Shown: piece after piece, positions 27,442 through 33,723 of the stretch | Layout of the letters: each line of letters opens with the position of its first letter | Numbering within the stretch: the first letter of the stretch is position 1 | Sequence record: OZ196212.1 | Strand: one strand, 5' to 3' | DNA: 64,000 bases | Position numbers and translations under genes: made by a program | Notes under the pieces: model-generated | Database searches by the model: none | Told to the model about the DNA's origin: nothing | The model's input: only the letters and a program-made list of their open reading frames with translations

Positions 27442-27654
27442 CTATTTTAACTCTGTGACGCCTATATTTTTCCAATCAAACAGACCATCGACATCTTCAA
27501 GCGATTCGCCAGTCACGTCTGCAATATAAGCAGCGACTTTCGATTCGATTTCGTCATTACTTAGAGACTCATCAACAGTGAAAATCTCTTCGTTGTTATT
27601 ACCACCGAATGTGCCGTTAATGTCGTATTCACACCAAACTGATATGTATTTCAT
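27442..27654 (-). CDS. Small acidic hypothetical protein
   Basis: GAGA SD; lies between tRNAs. Confidence 0.6.
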   Translation of the reverse strand: MKYISVWCEYDINGTFGGNNNEEIFTVDESLSNDEIESKVAAYIADVTGESLEDVDGLFDWKNIGVTELK

Positions 27655-27679
27655 AATGTCTCACAAAGTTAATAAAATA

Positions 27680-27754
27680 TGGTGCTCCCGGACAGACTCG
27701 AACTGCCATAACCTGATTACAAAACAGGGATAATCGCCTTTATATTACGGGAGC
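27680..27754 (-). tRNA. tRNA-Thr(TGT)
   Basis: Cloverleaf, UU-UGU-AA loop, CCA. Confidence 0.88.
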
Positions 27755-27758
27755 GAAA

Positions 27759-27871
27759 CTGAGTGTCGTTTATACCGCGTCTCCAAGACCTGAGATACCA
27801 ACTCAGCATGGGATTCGAACCCACCGACGTTTCTTGTATCGAAAGAAATTTTAAATTGCTGTAAACACTCT
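27759..27871 (-). ncRNA. Y-RNA/YrlA-like circularly permuted tRNA mimic (E3)
   Basis: Terminal stem GAGUGU/ACACUC with UUA-CAGCAA. Internal order is T arm (GUGGG-UUCGAAU-CCCAU), loop-closed acceptor-like stem (CUGAG/CUCAG), D-like arm (GUC-UUGGA-GAC). About 112 nt, no anticodon arm, no CCA. Confidence 0.68.
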
Positions 27872-27879
27872 TAGTATTT

Positions 27880-27953
27880 TGGCTGGGGATAACGGACTCG
27901 AACCGATACTGCGAAAGTCAAAGTTTCGTATGCTGCCATTACATCAATCCCCT
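27880..27953 (-). tRNA. tRNA-Gln(TTG)
   Basis: CU-UUG-AC loop, mismatched 1:72, G73, CCA. Confidence 0.9.
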
Positions 27954-27961
27954 ATTGTTCT

Positions 27962-28186
27962 TTAGCGACTCGAATTGATCTCATCGATCATTCGTTTAGC
28001 TAGTTTCGTAGCTAGTGCTTTATCAGCATCGCCAGTTGTTTCTATGTCGTATGCAATTTTACTCACATACTTTGAGTCTAGCGCACCCGCTGATTGTTTA
28101 GACCAGTGATCCTTGACTTTCTGATATTTCGTCATGTCAATCGAATCTTTTGTCGCTTCACCCAAAAATTCTGCTAATGTTTTCAT
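27962..28186 (-). CDS. Internal head protein (IP-like) with capsid-targeting N-terminus
   Basis: MKTLAEFLGEA resembles T4 IPII/III MKTYQEFIAE; exact TATAAATA at 28216-28223. Confidence 0.7.
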   Translation of the reverse strand: MKTLAEFLGEATKDSIDMTKYQKVKDHWSKQSAGALDSKYVSKIAYDIETTGDADKALATKLAKRMIDEINSSR

Positions 28187-28375
28187 ATCTCTATTCTTAT
28201 TAAAGTGTAAAAACATATTTATATGCAAGATAACATACACGACGGCGTAAGTAGTCGTTCTTATGTTTAGACTAGAAATCCACGTCACATCATTAATGCT
28301 ATAATTGCGCCACTCTCTACTATGAATATGTTATGCATTATTCATGCAGACTCTTCTTGCGCTGTAAATTATCTT

Positions 28376-28451
28376 TGGCGGAACTGACGGGGCTCGAACC
28401 CGCTTCCTTCTCCGTGACAGGGAGGTATGCACCCAGTTACACCTCAGCTCC
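28376..28451 (-). tRNA. tRNA-Asp(GTC)
   Basis: CU-GUC-AC loop, G73, CCA. Confidence 0.9.
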
Positions 28452-28478
28452 CCAAAGATAACTCTTTGTATTAAGACA

Positions 28479-28539
28479 CTGTAATCGTTTGGTTTTTTTC
28501 TTCAAATAAAAAATACTGGTTTGTTTGCAGAATGATTAC
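28479..28539 (-). ncRNA. Minimal family element E4
   Basis: GUAAUC-AUU-CUGCAA … GAUUAC-AG around an A/U-rich loop. Confidence 0.55.
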
Positions 28540-28550
28540 TATCTTAAATC

Positions 28551-28626
28551 TGGCAGGGACACTCAGATTCGAACTGAGACCAACGGGTTTGGAATCCGTC
28601 ATGCTGCCATTAAACACCATGTCCCT
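28551..28626 (-). tRNA. tRNA-Trp(CCA)
   Basis: UU-CCA-AA loop, G73, CCA. Confidence 0.9.
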
Positions 28627-28674
28627 ATTGCGTATGAGGTGGCTTAAATCAGTGGTCACTCTCACGCTAAAATT

Positions 28675-28748
28675 TGGTACTCACGAAGAGAATCGAACTC
28701 TTATCTGACGGTTATCAGCCGTCTGCTTTACCGTTAAGCTACGCGAGT
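28675..28748 (-). tRNA. tRNA-Ile(GAT)
   Basis: CU-GAU-AA loop, CCA. Confidence 0.92.
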
Positions 28749-28813
28749 AAAGTACGCTCGAAAGCGCACAATGTTAATCGGTTAAGTGACTAGCTCGACC
28801 AATGTAACATATT

Positions 28814-28906
28814 TGGAGGAAGATAACGGAGTCGAACCGTCACCGCGCTACTAACGCAATGGGCTGGTTTTCAAGACCAGTTGCGAACCACATCGCCCTA
28901 TCTTCC
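28814..28906 (-). tRNA. tRNA-Ser(TGA)
   Basis: Long variable arm, CU-UGA-AA loop; atypical U73. Confidence 0.85.
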
Positions 28907-28911
28907 TTTAA

Positions 28912-29160
28912 TTACTTATGTCGTCCCCAATACATCTTATCAAAGCTGTTTAGGTATTCTTCGACTTTAGCTACATCAGCCGCACTAACAACCCATTCGT
29001 TGTCTTGAGTCGTGCGTTTATTCGCAGGAACTGCTTTAGCGCCTAATTTAGCCATTGTGTTTCTGTGTCGTTCGCGATCCATTGATCCACTAAAAAGTGA
29101 GCCAGATACGCCGTACGTAACGTCCGTTGCTTCTGCAAGAAACTCTTGTAAAGTTTTCAT
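28912..29160 (-). CDS. Internal head protein (IP-like) with capsid-targeting N-terminus
   Basis: MKTLQEFLAEA is nearly identical to the T4 CTS MKTYQEFIAE; TCTAAATA upstream. Confidence 0.72.
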   Translation of the reverse strand: MKTLQEFLAEATDVTYGVSGSLFSGSMDRERHRNTMAKLGAKAVPANKRTTQDNEWVVSAADVAKVEEYLNSFDKMYWGRHK

Positions 29161-29203
29161 GTTTTCCACCATTGTCTTAAAACAATATTTAGACGTTTAA
29201 AAA

Positions 29204-29281
29204 TTGGATGCGTGGGAGTGGATTCGAACCACTGACCTCCGGCTTATGAGACCGACGAGCTGACCGCTGCTCTACCCCGCA
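29204..29281 (-). tRNA. tRNA-Met(CAT), initiator-like but atypical
   Basis: UGCGGGGUAGAGCAG 5' end as in fMet tRNAs; extra A in the acceptor 3' strand, U73, no 3GC anticodon-stem pairs. Confidence 0.7.
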
Positions 29282-29285
29282 ATTA

Positions 29286-29480
29286 TTACTTACTGAACTG
29301 CACTACACAAGTATCTGATTGATACACTATCGTGCCAGTTGCTTCCGCGTCTATTTGAACGATGCAGCCATTTGCCCCATCTTCACCGCGTGATGCTACA
29401 TCTTTAATCGAAATGCCACTTGAACAAGCTGTCAATGACAGTGCAAGTGCTAATGCTGCTATTGCTTTCATGATGTTCAC
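29286..29480 (-). CDS. Small lipoprotein
   Basis: Lipobox LSLTAC after a hydrophobic signal; two further Cys. Confidence 0.7.
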   Translation of the reverse strand: MNIMKAIAALALALSLTACSSGISIKDVASRGEDGANGCIVQIDAEATGTIVYQSDTCVVQFSK

Positions 29481-29487
29481 CTTAATT

Positions 29488-29574
29488 TGGTGGTTCGCCT
29501 AGGACTCGAACCTAGAAGCCCGTTCAAGGGCGAGGGATTTACAATCCCCTGACTTACCATTAGTCTAACGAACC
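29488..29574 (-). tRNA. tRNA-Tyr(GTA)
   Basis: Long variable arm, UU-GUA-AA loop, CCA. Confidence 0.92.
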
Positions 29575-29580
29575 AGAATT

Positions 29581-29654
29581 TGGTACTCCGTACGGGAGTC
29601 GAACCCGTCCCTTTAGATTGAAAGTCTAACGATCTACCAATAATCTAACGGAGC
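29581..29654 (-). tRNA. tRNA-Glu(TTC)
   Basis: CU-UUC-AA loop, CCA. Confidence 0.9.
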
Positions 29655-29778
29655 ATTGAAAAATTATTTATTAGCAAACTAGCAAGTTATCTGAGATAAT
29701 CATTTAACGGGCCCAGCTAGTAAACTAATAGATAATTTCTCATCTAGAGATAGTTTAGTGACTTCTCAACGGTCAATT

Positions 29779-29853
29779 TGGTGCGTCGCCTGAGATTCGA
29801 ACTCAGACTTTTCTGGTTAAAAGCCAGATGTACTACCATTATACGAACGACGC
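29779..29853 (-). tRNA. tRNA-Lys(TTT)
   Basis: CU-UUU-AA loop, CCA. Confidence 0.92.
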
Positions 29854-29859
29854 ATTAAC

Positions 29860-29934
29860 TGGTGCACCCTCTCGGAATCGAACCGAGCACTGTGGGACTT
29901 CACTCCACCGCTTTTCCTGATAAGCTAAGGGTAC
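29860..29934 (-). tRNA. tRNA-Phe(GAA)
   Basis: GU-GAA-GU loop (atypical 32/37/38), CCA. Confidence 0.85.
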
Positions 29935-29940
29935 TTTATT

Positions 29941-30015
29941 TGGCGGACGTGGAGAATTTCGAAATCTCGACCCCGGTGTTAACAGCACCGCGCTCTGCCT
30001 CTGAGCTACACATCC
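29941..30015 (-). tRNA. tRNA-Asn(GTT)
   Basis: CU-GUU-AA loop, G73, CCA. Confidence 0.92.
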
Positions 30016-30020
30016 AAATT

Positions 30021-30097
30021 TGGTACGCAGAGAGAGATTCGAACTCTCAACTCCTAGTTTCTAAGACTAGCGGCTCTGCCAATTGGCCTACCTGCGC
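30021..30097 (-). tRNA. tRNA-Leu(TAG), short variable arm
   Basis: CU-UAG-AA loop, A73, CCA. Confidence 0.88.
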
Positions 30098-30110
30098 ACT
30101 GTGTAAATAA

Positions 30111-30185
30111 TGGTCGGAGTAGAAGAATTCGAATCTTCACCGCTCGGCCCCAAACCGACTATGCTGCCATTAACACCATACTCCG
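30111..30185 (-). tRNA. tRNA-Pro(TGG)
   Basis: UU-UGG-GG loop, C1-G72, CCA. Confidence 0.9.
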
Positions 30186-30213
30186 AAAAACTTTTGTAGA
30201 ACTTCGTTCTTAC

Positions 30214-30407
30214 ATTGTACATGATGTTTTCTTCGTTGTAAACATCTTTTTTGAAAAACTTTTCGTTCGTTTTCGAACGTTTAAATGCTTTTCTCTATTG
30301 TACATGATGTTTTCGTCATTGTAAACATCTTTTTTTAAATCTTTTTGAATGACTTAACGTTTTTGTTTTAACACGTTAATCATATCACTCGTTTACGACT
30401 CGTTAAA
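30214..30407 (-). promoter_or_regulatory. Three tandem sigma70-type early promoters for the tRNA array
   Basis: TTTACA-N17-TACAAT twice (30214-30243, 30297-30326, with A-tract UP elements) and TTTAAC-N17-TATGAT (30379-30407). Confidence 0.75.
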
Positions 30408-30484
30408 CACTTATTTGTGAATAATTTCGTTAAATTCTATCATCGCGACAGTAGATAACGAGACACGGTCCTAAACGTATCGTT

Positions 30485-30560
30485 TGGCACTCGATATAAG
30501 ATTCGAACTTATAACCTGCGCCTTCGTAGGACGCTGCTCTTCCAATTGAGCTAATCGAGC
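30485..30560 (-). tRNA. tRNA-Arg(ACG)
   Basis: CU-ACG-AA loop, CCA. Confidence 0.9.
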
Positions 30561-30929
30561 ATTAAAGCTTGTTTGCTTTCTTTGTTTATCATACTCTGCT
30601 TTGAAAGCATGTTAAACAAAGAATTTCAGTTTATTTCGCCCATAAAAAAGGACGCTAATCTGCGTCCTCAAGTATACTTCTATGTTATACTTTCGGACTA
30701 CATTCGTGGATCCCATTTCTGGTTGCCAAACGTCGGATTCGCCAGATATACCGATACTGAGCTAAAGCGCATTTCGCTTCGTAAAATCTCAATATGTGTA
30801 TTAGAATGTGGCATCGTGGCTCTCTTTTCGAACGTAAAAATTGTTGTTTTGTTTTTTCTATAATTGTACTTATAAGACTAAAATCGAGGTTTCGTGCGTT
30901 TTTTGCAAAAAACCTCGAAAAAAGTGAAA

Positions 30930-31169
30930 TTATTTTTTAAAGTGCTTTCTTTTATTGCACTCAGCTAAGATTTCATTGTCATAATGATTCTGAAGCTGCT
31001 TGAATTTCTTGTGCTGATCTGGCGTTAGCTCATTCTCATCACGAAGATTTTTCAAGAACCCAAGAGGTTTACGAAACGACTTGCGATACGAGTCTAAACG
31101 CTGATCAGTCAAACCGACTAGTTGTTTAGGCGTTAGCAATGTCTTATTAATGTCAAAGTTCTTACTCAT
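30930..31169 (-). CDS. Small basic hypothetical protein
   Basis: AGGGT SD; lies between RNA genes. Confidence 0.55.
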   Translation of the reverse strand: MSKNFDINKTLLTPKQLVGLTDQRLDSYRKSFRKPLGFLKNLRDENELTPDQHKKFKQLQNHYDNEILAECNKRKHFKK

Positions 31170-31191
31170 GTGTTACCCCTTGTATTGAAAT

Positions 31192-31306
31192 TGGCTGACC
31201 GATGCGGGACTCGAACCCACGACCACGTGCTTAACAGGCAATTAGAAATGCGGTAGCGATACTTATCAATATCATTTACGTGCTCTACCACTGAGCTAAT
31301 CGGTCA
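31192..31306 (-). tRNA. tRNA-Asn(GTT) interrupted by a 38-nt structured insertion (31240-31277)
   Basis: Removing the insert restores the ACGUGC-CUGUUAA-GCACGU anticodon arm; U1-A72, G73, CCA are intact. Confidence 0.75.
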
Positions 31307-31311
31307 ATTGT

Positions 31312-31555
31312 TTAGTTCGCTTTTGCAGTGCACCGAGCCACCTCAGAATTGATACATTTCGTTTGACGCGCATTCGGATGGTTACGCTTTGCGTCGTGAG
31401 TCTGTCAGCGATGCATGGCATACACACACCCCGTTTCTCACCTACTCTGCCCTACAGACGTTATCTGCTTGGTTAACAATTGCACTCGCATTAGGTATAA
31501 CATGTCACCGTCATCTTCCGGACGATTTCAGTGTATGCACTCAAAAGCGAACTAA
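31312..31555 (-). ncRNA. ~245-nt ncRNA closed by a 14+6 bp terminal stem
   Basis: UUAGUUCGCUUUUG-AGUGCA … UGCACU-G-CAAAAGCGAACUAA; internal hairpins; no credible ORF. Confidence 0.55.
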
Positions 31556-31568
31556 TGTTGATTCTATT

Positions 31569-32117
31569 CTACTTCTCTCGCAATGTAAACAGCAGATTGC
31601 GATAATCGAAGTTTCGTTTGTTCTTTGTATTGTAGAAGCTAGTCCAGTCGATTGCAACGGGACAATTCTTACTACCGACACGAGCAATGAATATCTCGTG
31701 TGTCGCGCTGTGCTTCGCGTTATAAGCTCTTACTCGTTTTTCATAGTGAGCTATGTATTCTGCACAAGCAGCGTTGTAATCAGCTCTAGAGAACGTCTTA
31801 CCTTTCATAAAGCGTGCATCAAGATACGGACGAATAACCCGAACGCGTTCTCCCGACCATGCCATATTAAAGCTGTTTTCAATTTCACCTAGAATTTGAC
31901 CAGTCTTTAAGTTACGGCTCAGTATGACCCAACAGCGTGTACGACGATAGTCTTCAAAACGCATCACCTTAATGTGTGCATTAATGAATTCATCGCGTTT
32001 AGCGTTGCACTCAATGCGTGCTGCACGACGCTGTTCTTCAGTCATCGACTCTCGAACTTCTTTCGGATACAATGTAGCAAAGCGTTTCGGGCAATCTGCC
32101 ATCGTTAGCTTTTTCAT
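31569..32117 (-). CDS. Hypothetical protein
   Basis: GAGGT SD; ATGA coupling to upstream ORF. Confidence 0.65.
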   Translation of the reverse strand: MKKLTMADCPKRFATLYPKEVRESMTEEQRRAARIECNAKRDEFINAHIKVMRFEDYRRTRCWVILSRNLKTGQILGEIENSFNMAWSGERVRVIRPYLDARFMKGKTFSRADYNAACAEYIAHYEKRVRAYNAKHSATHEIFIARVGSKNCPVAIDWTSFYNTKNKRNFDYRNLLFTLREK

Positions 32118-32323
32118 ATCATACCTCTCTTGCGTTTAAGTTGCGAACGCTCAATTTGATTGAAGACTTGCTTATCTTTTGCTTTATTGCGTCGAGAATT
32201 ACCCCAACGACTTCCAGCACATACACCAAAGCGGTCTTTTTTAAGCTTCTTAGCTAACCACAATGGTACTTCGACACGAGCACGTAAGTAGTGCTTTGCG
32301 ATGTCTTTATAAGTCTTGCCCAT
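32114..32323 (-). CDS. Small basic hypothetical protein
   Basis: GAGGA SD supports MGKTYKD start. Confidence 0.6.
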   Translation of the reverse strand: MGKTYKDIAKHYLRARVEVPLWLAKKLKKDRFGVCAGSRWGNSRRNKAKDKQVFNQIERSQLKRKRGMI

Positions 32324-32591
32324 GATAATTTCCTCTTGTTGCCGCTCCGTGGAATCGAACCACGTCAAACACAACACCTCGTCAGCCCAATAAGAGTTTC
32401 GAAGTAAGAGCTTACTAGCACATTAAAGCACGGGGCATTATTTCTCTCAAGCAGTTTTCGACCACCGCGTGAGCTTTCTTATCCCCAGTCCCAGTGATTC
32501 AGAACGAAACATGATAGCGAGTCATGAGTTGAACTAATGTTGGGAAAACACTGCGTATTGTACACCGAGTAAGCGGCATTGTTAATAAACT

Positions 32592-32711
32592 TGGTGCCCT
32601 ACGTGAACGTTGAACGTTTTTCTACTTAGCTTCCATCTACCTCACTCAACGAAGAGCTATAGATTCCGTCAAGGTCTACTTCCACTTGACTAAGCGATTC
32701 AAACGTAGGAC
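32592..32711 (-). ncRNA. 120-nt CCA-terminated RNA with tRNA-like acceptor stem but non-tRNA body
   Basis: GUCCUACG/CGUAGGGC-A-CCA; branched interior with three GGAA motifs; no T or anticodon arm. Confidence 0.6.
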
Positions 32712-32750
32712 ATATTTTGAAAGTAGTCTCGTAAAACTACTTTGAGAATA

Positions 32751-32828
32751 TGGTGACCCTCGTGGGACTCGAACCCAACTATCTTTCGGTTATGAGCCGA
32801 CTGCTTTTACCAGTTAAGCTAAAGGGCC
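32751..32828 (-). tRNA. tRNA-Ile2(CAT), lysidine type
   Basis: GGCCCUUUAGCU 5' end and CU-CAU-AA loop as in enterobacterial ileX/Y; CCA. Confidence 0.75.
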
Positions 32829-32829
32829 A

Positions 32830-33195
32830 TTATGTTTCTAGCCATCTACCAATCTTTGCAGCGAAGATGTTTTCTTCTTCGTTGATTAGCGCAGTCGATT
32901 TCATTTGATGAAACATATCTTGCTTGTGAAGCGTATCAAGTTTGACTGCACATTGCAACAACTCTTTTACGCTTCGCATAATTTCTTCTGAATCAAGCTG
33001 CGACGTTTCAGGATGATAAATCAAATTCTGAAGCACAGCTTCTATGTTGCCGTAACAACCCATACCAATAAAATTGATGATAAGTCGATACTGCATTTCT
33101 ACTGAGAATGAACAATGCTTGCGCAAATTGCGCTTAACGACTTCACATACTAGCAACTTCTCTTCGAGTTCTTGCTTTATTGCTGTAAACTTCAT
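32830..33195 (-). CDS. Hypothetical protein
   Basis: GAGGTG SD. Confidence 0.65.
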   Translation of the reverse strand: MKFTAIKQELEEKLLVCEVVKRNLRKHCSFSVEMQYRLIINFIGMGCYGNIEAVLQNLIYHPETSQLDSEEIMRSVKELLQCAVKLDTLHKQDMFHQMKSTALINEEENIFAAKIGRWLET

Positions 33196-33211
33196 TGTTC
33201 ACCTCTTAAAA

Positions 33212-33334
33212 TGGTGGAGAGTGCGGGATTCGAACCACGCGGCCAAAAGATTTACTTAGTTAGTGTTTGCAGCATGAATACTTGACAATATTCTGTCAAC
33301 GTTCTTTTGCTCTACCAGACTGAGCTAACTCTCC
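33212..33334 (-). ncRNA. tRNA-scaffold RNA A (acceptor, D, T arms, CCA; ~50-nt domain replaces anticodon loop)
   Basis: GGAGAGU/ACUCUCC-A-CCA; AAAAGA/UCUUUU stem closes a domain with a GUUGAC-AG…GUCAAG hairpin and CUGCAA. Confidence 0.7.
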
Positions 33335-33349
33335 ATTTAAAACACATTG

Positions 33350-33470
33350 AGCAGGGTGCAGGATTCGAACCTGCGTCACGATCTTAGAATGATATGCTGT
33401 TTGGGTTGCTGAATACAAGCTATACAACTTGCGTTTATGCTACGTGTGCTAGCCACTACACCAACCCTGC
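33350..33470 (-). ncRNA. tRNA-scaffold RNA B
   Basis: GCAGGGU/ACCCUGC acceptor, canonical T arm, insert GCAAGU-UG-UAUA-GCUUGU-AUU-CAGCAA; no encoded CCA. Confidence 0.7.
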
Positions 33471-33525
33471 TCAATGTGTTCTAGTGCAATGCCATATGAA
33501 CTCACATGGCATCACTGAACCTGTT

Positions 33526-33690
33526 TTATATTGCCTTAGCTAACCAACACAATCTGAAATCGTGCGCTTTAATAAAGGGAGGGCGTCCCTCTTCGCCAGT
33601 TAGCATAGATGTGTTGCTATGCACCCATTTGTCAATCATGTCCAAGGCAAACAGAACAATGAATACGAGTGCGAGAAGATATACAATCAA
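33526..33690 (-). CDS. 54-aa membrane protein missed by ORF track
   Basis: GAGGTG SD, TTG start, MIVYLLALVFIVLFALD TM segment. Confidence 0.45.
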   Translation of the reverse strand: MIVYLLALVFIVLFALDMIDKWVHSNTSMLTGEEGRPPFIKAHDFRLCWLAKAI

Positions 33691-33723
33691 ATTGAAACAC
33701 CTCGCTAAAAAGTTAGAGCATAT

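Noticed and set aside
28814-28906. Selenocysteine or suppressor tRNA
   Set aside because: Anticodon reads UGA (Ser), not UCA, and the acceptor is 7 bp.
29655-29760. AT-rich hairpin region as an additional motif-family member
   Set aside because: It forms a long hairpin but lacks the NNN-CNGCR signature; could be a processing stem.
30670-30830. Possible group I intron remnant (GAAUGUAGUCC followed by a hairpin and G resembles P7'-P9)
   Set aside because: No matching GACUA P7 5' strand or P3/P4 core found upstream, and no interrupted gene. May be another ncRNA but unsupported.
31389-31892. 167-codon plus-strand ORF
   Set aside because: Antisense to a well-formed CDS and to a structured RNA; no SD.
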